Positions 1 through 10,633 of a stretch of 64,000 bases of DNA are shown piece after piece. Position numbers and translations under genes: made by a program. Origin of the DNA: Vulcanimicrobiota bacterium. Its GTDB lineage: Bacteria > Vulcanimicrobiota > Xenobia > Xenobiales > JADMJV01. The stretch lies in assembly GCA_050250895.1 (NCBI GenBank), contig JBFWNU010000001.1, positions 968,008 to 1,032,007 of the forward strand. Reading direction: 5' to 3'. The notes beneath the pieces are model-generated. The model made no database searches and was not told where the DNA came from. It was given only the letters and a program-made list of their open reading frames with translations. Position 1 is the stretch's first letter. Each line of letters opens with the position of its first letter.

Positions 1-188
1 TGTCGGTGGGACCCGCCCATCTGGTCCTCAAGCGGCACAACCTGGCTATAGGCGTGTGCCTGGCGGGCGACCTCGAATTGGCCTTACCGGCCCCCGTGAA
101 GGCCACGCTCTGGGGCGCTCCGGCCACGGGCTCGAGCCTGGCACTCGGCGGGAGCGGTTTCGGTGTGTGGGAGTTGGAGAGGAGCTAG
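1..188 (+). CDS. hypothetical protein, C-terminal fragment (runs off the window edge)
   Basis: Open frame from the window start to TAG at 188, just upstream of the STAS gene. Confidence 0.45.
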   Translation, partial: SVGPAHLVLKRHNLAIGVCLAGDLELALPAPVKATLWGAPATGSSLALGGSGFGVWELERS

Positions 189-215
189 CCCACCGGTGAG
201 GGAAACGACCTATTC

Positions 216-527
216 ATGGCCCTGTTAATCGAACAAGAGGTAGAAGATGGCGTCGTCGTCCTGCGGCTGCGCGGCGACCTTGATGTCCACACCAAGGAAG
301 AATTACAGGCCCGGTTGGAAGAGCTACTCGACCAGGGGGCCGAGACCATTCGCCTGGACCTGACCGATGTCGACTATATCGGCTCGGTGGCCATCGCCGT
401 TATGGTGGGCGTTTCCAAGCGTCTGGTTCGCAAGGGCGGGCGGCTACTGGTGCGCCCGGGTTCGAAGGAGACCCGGCGTCACTTCGGCCTGCTCAATCTC
501 GACACCCTGCTGGACATCGAAGGATGA
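216..527 (+). CDS. STAS-domain anti-sigma factor antagonist (RsbV/SpoIIAA-like)
   Basis: 103 aa; VLRLRGDLD and LDLTDVDYIGS (phosphorylatable Ser position) STAS motifs. Confidence 0.9.
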   Translation: MALLIEQEVEDGVVVLRLRGDLDVHTKEELQARLEELLDQGAETIRLDLTDVDYIGSVAIAVMVGVSKRLVRKGGRLLVRPGSKETRRHFGLLNLDTLLDIEG

Positions 528-1276
528 AGCGGTCGCGCGGGTCTTCCCTCATCTGGGTGGCCGCCTTTGTCGGCGGCCTGGCCGTGATCGCGCTGATCCT
601 TTATGCCGTGAGAGTAGGCCAGGGCGGCCAGCCGACCGGGCCTGACCCATTGCCCATTCCAGGCCCCGACCAACCCGCCATACCCGATGGCCCGGTCGAG
701 GCGCCTGCGAGCGCCAAGCCGCGACGCCGAGTCGCCTGGGTGACCGACGACAACGTTCCCGCCCGAGCCAAGCCCGGACTCAATATGCAAGAGGTGAAGA
801 GGTTCACCAAATGGGAAGAGGTCTACTGGATCGAAGACTCGAGCAACTGGGACCACGTGGCGCTTGAAGACGGCCAGGAGGTCTGGCTGGAGAGTCGGTT
901 TCTGTCCTTCGCCCGGCCGGCCAATCTCAACGCCCCCTCCAAAGCCGAGGAATTGGTGATGAGCTTCTACGCCGGGGTCGCTCGCAAAGACTACACGGGC
1001 GCCTACGAATTTCTCTCGCCCGACTGGCGGCGCGAACTGACCTTCGCCCAATTTGTGGACGGCTACTCGCACACCCTGAGCCTGCGTAGCGAGATCGTCA
1101 ACGTGGTTGAACTGGGCGAGGACCGATTTCAGGTCGACGTCTCGATGATGGCCGATGAAGATGGCAAGGACGTCCCGTATCTAGGCATCTACACGGTGGA
1201 ACGGGTGGGCGAGCGCTGGATGTTGACCTCGGGGCGACTCAAACGCCAGCCCGCCCCGATGGAAAAGACGTTCTGA
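524..1276 (+). CDS. membrane-anchored protein with Pro-rich linker, SH3b-like domain and C-terminal NTF2-like domain
   Basis: N-terminal TM helix; NVPARAKPG...WDHVALEDGQEVWLESRFL resembles SH3b; FYAGVARKDYTGAYEFLS resembles an NTF2-like fold; ATGA overlap with the STAS gene. Confidence 0.65.
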   Translation: MKRSRGSSLIWVAAFVGGLAVIALILYAVRVGQGGQPTGPDPLPIPGPDQPAIPDGPVEAPASAKPRRRVAWVTDDNVPARAKPGLNMQEVKRFTKWEEVYWIEDSSNWDHVALEDGQEVWLESRFLSFARPANLNAPSKAEELVMSFYAGVARKDYTGAYEFLSPDWRRELTFAQFVDGYSHTLSLRSEIVNVVELGEDRFQVDVSMMADEDGKDVPYLGIYTVERVGERWMLTSGRLKRQPAPMEKTF

Positions 1277-1277
1277 G

Positions 1278-2123
1278 CTAGCTTCTGCGCTCGGCCACTT
1301 CGCGCAAGAAGCGGCGACGATACGAATAGAAAGCCGTCAGACCGACATCGTTGACCAGGGCCCGATTCACCCCCGCGCCGACCAGGGCTCCCACTACAGC
1401 CATCGACTGAGCGACCTTTCTGCGAGCCAGGTTGGCGGTCAACTTACGGGCTAACGCCTGCAGGCCCTTGGCCAGCGCGGCTCGCTCGAGATCCTGGATG
1501 GGCAAGCCTCGGCGAATCAACACCTGCAGGGACTCGATTTCGAGCATCCCCCTTCGCTTCTTGTCGCTCTCGAGGTGGTGACCAACATCGACTACCTTCA
1601 GGATATGGGCGACCTCTTCCGGCGTGTCGATAGGAAAGCCATAGCAGATGGCCATCGATTGCACCGTGCGAAAAATCAGCCAGTACAGGGCCGGCACGTC
1701 GACCACCAGACCGGCCAGGCCGGCCAGACCGGTAGCCCCACCCTCGAACGCGGCCGCCCGCCGGCCAGCGTGCAAGAACTCCAGAGCTATCCGATCCAGG
1801 CAGCGAACATCGTGCTGGAAAAGCTGGTCTAAGCAGGTTACGTCGCGGCCGACCTCAGCGCTGATGCGGTCGAAGGTCTCCTGGGGTCGCACCGAGTTTC
1901 CTGAACTCTGGCGCACGGCCTCGAGCACACCATAGATCTTGCGATTGATGGCCTCCCGAATCGGTTCGGGCACCCGACGATAGGCAAAGTCGATGGGCTT
2001 GCCGATGATAGCCAGACTGCGGGCCAACAGACCCGGTGGCTCCAGCAGCCAGGCCTCGGTCTCTTTGAGAACCTCTCGCTCGTCGTCGGTGAGGCGGCCG
2101 ACCCACAGGCGGCCGGTGTGCAA
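1278..2123 (-). CDS. EcsC family protein
   Basis: AAAFEGGATGLAGLAGLVVDVPAL...MAICYGF and KVAQSMAVVGALVGAGVN...YRRRFL signatures. Confidence 0.85.
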   Translation of the reverse strand: MHTGRLWVGRLTDDEREVLKETEAWLLEPPGLLARSLAIIGKPIDFAYRRVPEPIREAINRKIYGVLEAVRQSSGNSVRPQETFDRISAEVGRDVTCLDQLFQHDVRCLDRIALEFLHAGRRAAAFEGGATGLAGLAGLVVDVPALYWLIFRTVQSMAICYGFPIDTPEEVAHILKVVDVGHHLESDKKRRGMLEIESLQVLIRRGLPIQDLERAALAKGLQALARKLTANLARRKVAQSMAVVGALVGAGVNRALVNDVGLTAFYSYRRRFLREVAERRS

Positions 2124-2127
2124 GGCG

Positions 2128-2553
2128 CTACCTCAAGCTTCCTTCCAGGACCGGGGCCATTCCTTCGGTGCTCTCTTCGCCGTTGGGCTGGTGATAGAGG
2201 ACGATCTTGTCCCACTTGCCGTCTACCGGTTCGGTCAGCCGAGCGCCAAACTTGACTTCCCCCACTCCGCTGGAGCGGGTGACGGGCTTTTCGCCGACAG
2301 GCTCTTTCTCGTCGCCGGTGACGAAATAGACCGAATAGAATTGGTCCTTGTCGAGCCGATTGGCCCCCAGGTTGAACTGGTCCTCGGTAATCCGCACCCA
2401 GCCGTAGGTCTTCGAGGCCTCATCAAGAGGCTTCATCGACACCTTGAGGGTGTTATCGCCGGCGTCTTCCTCACCGCCCCCTCCCCCCAGTGCCAGCACG
2501 CCGAGACTGCTGAGGGCCATCAAAATCACGGTGAATAAAAGTAATCGCTTCAT
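2128..2553 (-). CDS. small secreted hypothetical protein
   Basis: Start moved to MKRLLLF (GGAGG RBS at 2561-2565 on the minus strand); Sec-type signal peptide; beta-rich mature part. Confidence 0.75.
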   Translation of the reverse strand: MKRLLLFTVILMALSSLGVLALGGGGGEEDAGDNTLKVSMKPLDEASKTYGWVRITEDQFNLGANRLDKDQFYSVYFVTGDEKEPVGEKPVTRSSGVGEVKFGARLTEPVDGKWDKIVLYHQPNGEESTEGMAPVLEGSLR

Positions 2554-2630
2554 TGCAATTCCTCCATAAACGATGGTAGCCCCTTTTTCCACGCCGACCC
2601 TGAGGACCTTCGAGAAAAAACCGCGAAGTT

Positions 2631-2656
2631 TGAACCGAAAATGAGCGATCCCCGTA
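2631..2656 (+). promoter_or_regulatory. possible ECF (SigW-type) autoregulatory promoter
   Basis: TGAACC-N16-CGTA at 2631-2656, close to the TGAAAC-N16-CGTA consensus; overlaps the first ATG, so a later start at 2677 or 2680 is possible. Confidence 0.3.
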
Positions 2657-3207
2657 GCAACGAGAGTGACGAAAATTTGATGGCTGAAGTCGTGGCCGGC
2701 AAACTGGCCGCTCTGGAACCGCTCATCGAGCGCTATCAGAACCAGCTCTTCGCCTATGCCGCTCGCGTATTAAACGATCGCGAAAAGGCCGCCGATGTCT
2801 TCCAGGAAACCTTCTTGCGAGTCTTTCAAAAACGTCACACCTACCGCCTGGGAGCGCCCTTTCGGCCCTGGCTCTATCGCATCTGCCTCAATCTCTGCCG
2901 AGACGAGTTTCGCCGCCAGAAGCGGGGCGCGTCGGTGGATCTCGAAGCGCGACAAGAGGTGCGCGACCCGGGCCCCGGACCAGCCGAACGGACCTTTCGA
3001 CAGGACCTATCCCAGCAGGTGCGCTCGGCCGTGATGGGGTTGCCCGAGAAACAACAAAAGGTATTCCTGCTGGTTCATTACCAGGGCCTGAGCTATCCCG
3101 AGGTGGCCGAGGTCCTCGAGATCCCGGTCGGGACGGTGAAGTCGAGAATGTTCCACGCCTCCAAGCGGTTGGCCGAAGAACTCCAGGAATTGAGAGCAGA
3201 GATTTGA
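2641..3207 (+). CDS. ECF-family RNA polymerase sigma factor
   Basis: Region 2 (AADVFQETFLRV, FRPWLYRICLNLCRD) and region 4 (LPEKQQKVFLLVHYQGLSYPEVAEVLEIPVGTVKSRM). Confidence 0.95.
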   Translation: MSDPRSNESDENLMAEVVAGKLAALEPLIERYQNQLFAYAARVLNDREKAADVFQETFLRVFQKRHTYRLGAPFRPWLYRICLNLCRDEFRRQKRGASVDLEARQEVRDPGPGPAERTFRQDLSQQVRSAVMGLPEKQQKVFLLVHYQGLSYPEVAEVLEIPVGTVKSRMFHASKRLAEELQELRAEI

Positions 3208-3776
3208 TGAACGACGAACTCCAACCCTTTGAAGAAACGCTCAGGCTGGCCGACGCCTGGCAGCCAGAAGCGCCCCCCGCCGACCTGGCCGCCAGGACCA
3301 TGGCCGGCATCCGCCAGGCGGCTGACGAGAAGCCCCCGGCGGTCTCGTTCATCGACCGCTGGGCCGGCTGGGTCAAGACCTGGTTTGAGGGCCCCAATCG
3401 TCGCTGGGCTTTTGCCTTTGCTACCGTGCTGCTGGTCTGCGTCTTCGCGGGCCGGGTCGTATCTCCCAATCTCCAACGCTATCATGCTCAGGGAGAGCTG
3501 GCCGGATGCCGCGCCAACCTCGAACATCTGGCTCAAGCCCTGGAGGCCTTTCATCGGGACCGAGGCTACTATCCGGCCAGCCTGGATGAACTGATGGACG
3601 GCTATCTCAAAGCCGTGCCGGATTGTCCGGCGGCGGGGCTAGAAACCTACCGCGCAGGCTATCACCGCGAAAGCGAGGGCTTTGTGCTAGCCTGCCACGG
3701 ACATCACCACGGCAACAGCCAGCTCGCTCCGAACTTTCCTCAGTATTCCTCTAAGCTAGGCTCGAGCCCCAGATAG
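3207..3776 (+). CDS. putative anti-sigma factor with a type IV pilin/GspG-like extracytoplasmic domain
   Basis: Start overlaps the sigma stop; cytoplasmic EAPPADLAARTMAGIR motif, one TM helix, then PNLQRYHAQGELAGCRANLEHLAQALEAF..GYYPASLDEL..YLKAVPDCP pilin-type head. Confidence 0.75.
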   Translation: MNDELQPFEETLRLADAWQPEAPPADLAARTMAGIRQAADEKPPAVSFIDRWAGWVKTWFEGPNRRWAFAFATVLLVCVFAGRVVSPNLQRYHAQGELAGCRANLEHLAQALEAFHRDRGYYPASLDELMDGYLKAVPDCPAAGLETYRAGYHRESEGFVLACHGHHHGNSQLAPNFPQYSSKLGSSPR

Positions 3777-4165
3777 TCTTCCGAGCCCTCGAGTAGAGTC
3801 AGCAGGTCTCCCCGGACTTCGACCAACTCGGCCCAACGGTCATGGGCCTTGCGAGCCAACTCGAGGGCCTCGGTCGCCAGCTCCTCGGCGCCTTCCTCGG
3901 CGTAGTCACGCAGGCGCTCGGACACATCCGAAAACATGTGGATGCCTTCCACCGCCTCTCCCAGTGTCTCCATGTCCTCTTCCACCTCGAGCCCTTCGGG
4001 CTCGGCGGCCACTCCTTCATAAAGAACCTGGAGCCGCTCGTCATACTCGTCGAGCGCCCGAATAAATCCTTCCTCATCGAGGTCGCCCGCGCGATAGCGT
4101 TCCAGCAGGATGCGCACGTCGTGGTATGGGCTCTGCAACTGATCTTCGACTGTTCTTACAAACAT
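3740..4165 (-). CDS. acidic alpha-helical hypothetical protein
   Basis: Start MFVRT with GGAGG RBS; 141 aa, very Glu/Asp-rich; 37-bp convergent overlap with the previous gene. Confidence 0.7.
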   Translation of the reverse strand: MFVRTVEDQLQSPYHDVRILLERYRAGDLDEEGFIRALDEYDERLQVLYEGVAAEPEGLEVEEDMETLGEAVEGIHMFSDVSERLRDYAEEGAEELATEALELARKAHDRWAELVEVRGDLLTLLEGSEDYLGLEPSLEEY

Positions 4166-4247
4166 TTTGCCTCCCGAACGGGCCCGCCGTTCGCTGGTCA
4201 AAATCGGATTCCTGTGTGGCCTCACAAAGAAGGGAAGGAGCGCTTGC

Positions 4248-4451
4248 ATGGCTAACCGCCTTTGGGCAACAGCCCTGCTGTGCATTGGAGGAATGATGTA
4301 TCTAGCCTATGGACCCGTCGGTGGCATCGACCCCACGGTAGCCGTTTTTTGGGTCGTGACCTGGACCATCGTGCTCGGTGGCTCGATCTACGCCTCGCTT
4401 GTATTCTTCAAGCCCTGGCCTGATCTCGATGAGCCGGCCGACAAACACTAA
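4248..4451 (+). CDS. small two-TM membrane protein
   Basis: AAGGAG RBS before ATG 4248; two hydrophobic helices; 67 aa. Confidence 0.7.
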   Translation: MANRLWATALLCIGGMMYLAYGPVGGIDPTVAVFWVVTWTIVLGGSIYASLVFFKPWPDLDEPADKH

Positions 4452-4490
4452 ACCCCGCTGAGAGGGCCCTGAGGGGCCTTTTTCAACCCT

Positions 4491-4904
4491 ATGGTTTCCG
4501 GTATCGATCATATCGCCATCGCGGTCGAAAGCCTGGCCGAGGCGGTCCCTTTCTATCGCGATCAGCTGGGCCTGCCGCTCAAGACCGTCGAAGAGGTCCC
4601 CGAGCAGAAGGTCAAGGTCGCCATCTTCACCCTCGGTGCCAGCCGCATCGAACTCTTAGAGCCGACCGCCGAGGATTCGCCCATCTCGAAGTTTCTCGCC
4701 AAACGGGGGCCCGGGCTGCACCACCTGGCCTTGCGCAGCACCGCCGTAGCCGACGATCTGCACCGCCTGGACGAGGCCGGTGCCCGCCTGATCGACAAGA
4801 GCCCCCGCGACGGAGCCGACGGCATGCGCATCGCCTTTGTCCATCCCGAAGCCACCGCCGGGGTGCTGCTGGAGTTGACTCAGCCTGCCGACCATGTGGA
4901 CTGA
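4491..4904 (+). CDS. mce: methylmalonyl-CoA epimerase
   Basis: IDHIAIAV, IELLEP, GPGLHHLAL, FVHP..GVLLEL VOC motifs; operon context. Confidence 0.95.
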   Translation: MVSGIDHIAIAVESLAEAVPFYRDQLGLPLKTVEEVPEQKVKVAIFTLGASRIELLEPTAEDSPISKFLAKRGPGLHHLALRSTAVADDLHRLDEAGARLIDKSPRDGADGMRIAFVHPEATAGVLLELTQPADHVD

Positions 4905-6442
4905 TTTCGAAAAGCCCGAACTTTCCCAATGGCGGAGCCTGGTCGAACGTGACCTTAAAGGCCAGGACTTTGATGACATCCTGGCCTGGTCGACCCCCGA
5001 CGGCCTCGAAGGCCACCCCTTGTACACCCAGGGGCCTCAGCCCCAGCCGGTCGTGACCCGGGGCGACTGGAAGATTCGCCAGGATTATCACCCCTCGCTG
5101 GAGGGAGTCGATCAGGTGCGGCTACGCCAGGATCACGACCTGAGCCGCCTGCTTCAGGGTCAAGAATGCGTGCTTTACGGACCCGGTGTGGAGCGTAAGC
5201 TGGCCGGGATCCTGGCGGGGGAGATGCCGTTCGAGGGTCGAGTTTCCTGGGATCCGGTTGCCGAAGAGGCCGACTTCGACCAGGTCGCCAAATTGCTCGA
5301 GCGAGCCCAATCCCTTCCCGAGCTCAAGCTCTTCTGCAGCTCGGGGTGGTCCTTTCACCAGGGCGGAGCCACCGCGGCCCAGGAGTTGGGCTGGACGCTG
5401 GCCTCGGTGATCTATCTGCTGCGCCAGTTGACCAGTCGCCAGGTAGACGCTGCCGAGGTCGTGAGTCGCCTCGAGGTCGAGCTGGCGGTCAGCTCCGACC
5501 TCTTTCTCGAAATGGCCAAACTTAGAGCCGCTCGCCTTTGCCTTGGCCAAATCTTCGCCGCCTTCTCGCACTCGGGCGACTGCGACCTGCACGCTCGCCA
5601 GAGCCTGCAGCAACACTGCCTGCTGGATGCGGGTAACAACCTGCTGCGGGCCTCGGTGGCCGGCTTTGCGGCTGTCTGCGCCGGGGCCGACTCGCTGCAG
5701 CTAGCGGCCTTTGCCGAAGACGACCCGGACGGGCTCAGACTGGCTTGCACCCAGCAGTTGCTGATGCGCCACGAGGCCGGGCTGGGCCGGGTGGCCGACC
5801 CCGGAGCAGGCTCGTACTATCTCGAGACTCTGACCCACCAGCTGGGCCAGCGAGCCTGGGAGATCATGGCCGGAGTCGAAGCCCGAGGCGGACTGCCTGC
5901 CTATGCGGACACGATTGCCGAGACGCTGCGCCACCAGCGCGAGTCGCGGTTGAAGTCGGTGGCCCGCGGACGTACCATCCTGGTAGGCACGAACTGGTTC
6001 GCCGACCCTAACGAATGGCTGGCCAGCGCTACTCGACCCTCGCCCGGAGGCCCCTATTCGCCTCTCTTCGAAGGCGAGCCGTTCGAGAAGTTTCGCTGCG
6101 AGCCCGGCCCCAAATGTCTGATTCTCACCGTGGGTCGAGGCCTGGCCCAAGCCAGGGCGGCTTTTGCCAGCAGCTTTCTGGCGGCCGGCAGCTTCCCCCT
6201 CGAGTCTCCTCTTCCGGCCGACACCACCAGCCAGGCCCGTCGGCTGCTCGAAGCCAGCTTCGCCACCCTGGTGGTCCTTTGTGCCGACGACGAGCGACTG
6301 CCCGAACTCATCGAGCAACTGGCCTTCCAAGACAAGGTCCTGGCCGTGGCCGCCCCCCCTCAACCGTTGGCCGGAGTGGACTTCTTCCTTCACCGCAAGG
6401 CCGACCACCTCGACCTGCTCACCAAATTGCGGGAGGCCTGCC

Positions 6443-6456
<14 letters not shown>
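4894..6456 (+). CDS. mutA: methylmalonyl-CoA mutase small (non-catalytic) subunit
   Basis: [38 protein letters not shown]; no DxHxxG motif. Confidence 0.85.
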
Positions 6457-8558
<2,102 letters not shown>

Positions 8559-8569
<11 letters not shown>

Positions 8570-9527
8570 CCGACTGGCCAGCGGGATCCAGGCCGGTCAG
8601 AGGGGGGCCCTGGCCCGGGCCATCACCCTGGCCGAGAGCCGTCTGCCGGAGCACCGTCATCAGGCCCGCCAACTGCTCGAACACCTTCCCCCAGGACGTT
8701 CTCACCGCATCGGCATCACCGGTCCGCCGGGTGCCGGCAAGAGCACTCTCATCGAGAGTCTGGGTCTGGCCTGGATCGAGGCCGGCGCCAAGGTGGCCGT
8801 CCTGGCGGTGGATCCCACCTCGCAGCTCAGCGGCGGCAGCATTCTTGGTGACAAGACCCGCATGGAGAAGCTGTCCACCAACCCGAAAGCCTACATCCGG
8901 CCGAGCCCCAACGGCAAGACCCTCGGAGGTGTGACCCGCTCCACCCGTCAGGCCATCGAACTGGTCGAGGCGGCTGGCTACGACCGGGTCCTGGTCGAGA
9001 CGGTGGGTATCGGCCAGGCCGACACCCTGGTGTCGCGCCTGGTCGACAGCGTGGCCCTGGTGGTGATTCCCGGGGCCGGCGACGAACTGCAGGGTATCAA
9101 GCGCGGCGTCATGGAGATCGCCGATCTGCTGGTCATCAACAAGTGCGAGGGCGATAATCAGGCTCGAGCGGCCCAGGCTAGCGCCCAATATCATGCCGCC
9201 CTGCGACTCTTGCCCGGACGAACCCCGGGCTGGAACGTGCCCATCCTAAGGGTATCGGGCCTGACCGGCGAAGGCCTCGTCGAGCTGCGGGCCAAACTCG
9301 AGGCCCACCATCAATTCTTGTCCCAGGCAAGGCTGCTCGAACCGCAGCGTCGAGAGCAGGCCACCTTCTGGCTAGATTATCTGCTCGACCAGAGTCTGCG
9401 CGAGGCGCTGCTGGCCCGCGGCCAGAGTCGAGCGCGTTATGAGGCCTGTCGCCGGGCCGTGGCCGAAGGGCAGCAGAGCCCCGAAGCAGCCATCGAGGAG
9501 TTGGTCTCGAATTTGTCATTCGACTGA
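8559..9527 (+). CDS. meaB: methylmalonyl-CoA mutase-associated GTPase MeaB/ArgK
   Basis: [37 protein letters not shown]. Confidence 0.95.
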
Positions 9528-9554
9528 TTTTATGCTAATGATCATAGAATCAAG

Positions 9555-10007
9555 ATGGTGGCACGACGGTCGAAAAATCGGGGTTTATCCGTCGCCGAGA
9601 TTCTCATCGCCACAGCCATTTTGGCGGTGTTATTGGTGGCTGTGCTCGGTCTATTCGCCCAGCTTTTAGCCTCGACCACCAAGAACAACCACCTGCAGAC
9701 CGGCACCTATTTTGCCGATCGCGTCCTCAACGAGGCCATCCGCCAGGCTCGACCGACTGCGCCCGCCTTCGACCCGTTCGTCGAAGGCCAGGAGGGTATC
9801 TACACCCACGATCAGGCGGCCGCCACGATCTTCTATCACCACCTCAAAGCCACTCGCTTGACCCCGGTGGAGGTGCCGGGCGAGTCCTGGTATCTCGAGG
9901 TCGAGGTCAGCTGGTGGCAGGCCGACGCCAGCGACCCTACCAGAGCCCGCCCGGGCTCGGGCAAGCTTTTCACTCGCCAGGGACGGATGGTGTATCTCGG
10001 TCGATGA
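9555..10007 (+). CDS. type IV minor pilin (PilV/GspI-like)
   Basis: Basic leader, G|LSVAE class III signal peptide, hydrophobic helix, late LEVEVSW strand. Confidence 0.85.
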   Translation: MVARRSKNRGLSVAEILIATAILAVLLVAVLGLFAQLLASTTKNNHLQTGTYFADRVLNEAIRQARPTAPAFDPFVEGQEGIYTHDQAAATIFYHHLKATRLTPVEVPGESWYLEVEVSWWQADASDPTRARPGSGKLFTRQGRMVYLGR

Positions 10008-10633
10008 GAGGCCACACCCTGATAGAGTTGCTGGTGGGAATGGCTGTCCTGGCGTTGCTCATCGGGGTCATCTTTCTGGCCTTCGACTATGGCACGAGCA
10101 CTTTCCGCCTGGCTAACGACCGTCAGGGGGCCCAGGGCGAAATGGCCCGGGCCCTGGCGGCCATGCAGACCGACCTGCGACGCTCGCACTATCGCACCGT
10201 CACCGCCCTCACGCTCAGCGCCACTCCCCGCCGCGACGCCCTGGCCCTGGCCAGCCTCAAGGACTGGCATGACGAGGCCAGTTTCGACGGCATCAACGGC
10301 CTGCCGAGGTGGGACCGCTACGTCCTCTACTATGCCACCGGCCAGGGCTGGCTGGTGCGCGCGATGCTTGACCCCCCCACCCCTGACTACTCTCCGGTGG
10401 CCTTCCCCAACCTCGATCCGGCCAGCTACTGCCACGATGACCCCAACCTCAACGCCGCCCCCCAGACCAGCTTCACCGTCCTCACCAGAGCGGTCGACGA
10501 ATTCGAGGTGGAAGCCCCACCTTTCGCCGAGCACGTCGAAGTGCGTCTGCGCCTCAACCTCGAGAACCGTCAGCGCCTGGAGTGCCAACTCGATATCTCC
10601 CCGGAAAATACCTGGCCGAGAGCCCGAAAGTGA
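10004..10633 (+). CDS. type IV minor pilin (PilW/GspJ-like)
   Basis: MRG|HTLIELLVGM prepilin motif; ATGA overlap with the upstream gene. Confidence 0.85.
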   Translation: MRGHTLIELLVGMAVLALLIGVIFLAFDYGTSTFRLANDRQGAQGEMARALAAMQTDLRRSHYRTVTALTLSATPRRDALALASLKDWHDEASFDGINGLPRWDRYVLYYATGQGWLVRAMLDPPTPDYSPVAFPNLDPASYCHDDPNLNAAPQTSFTVLTRAVDEFEVEAPPFAEHVEVRLRLNLENRQRLECQLDISPENTWPRARK

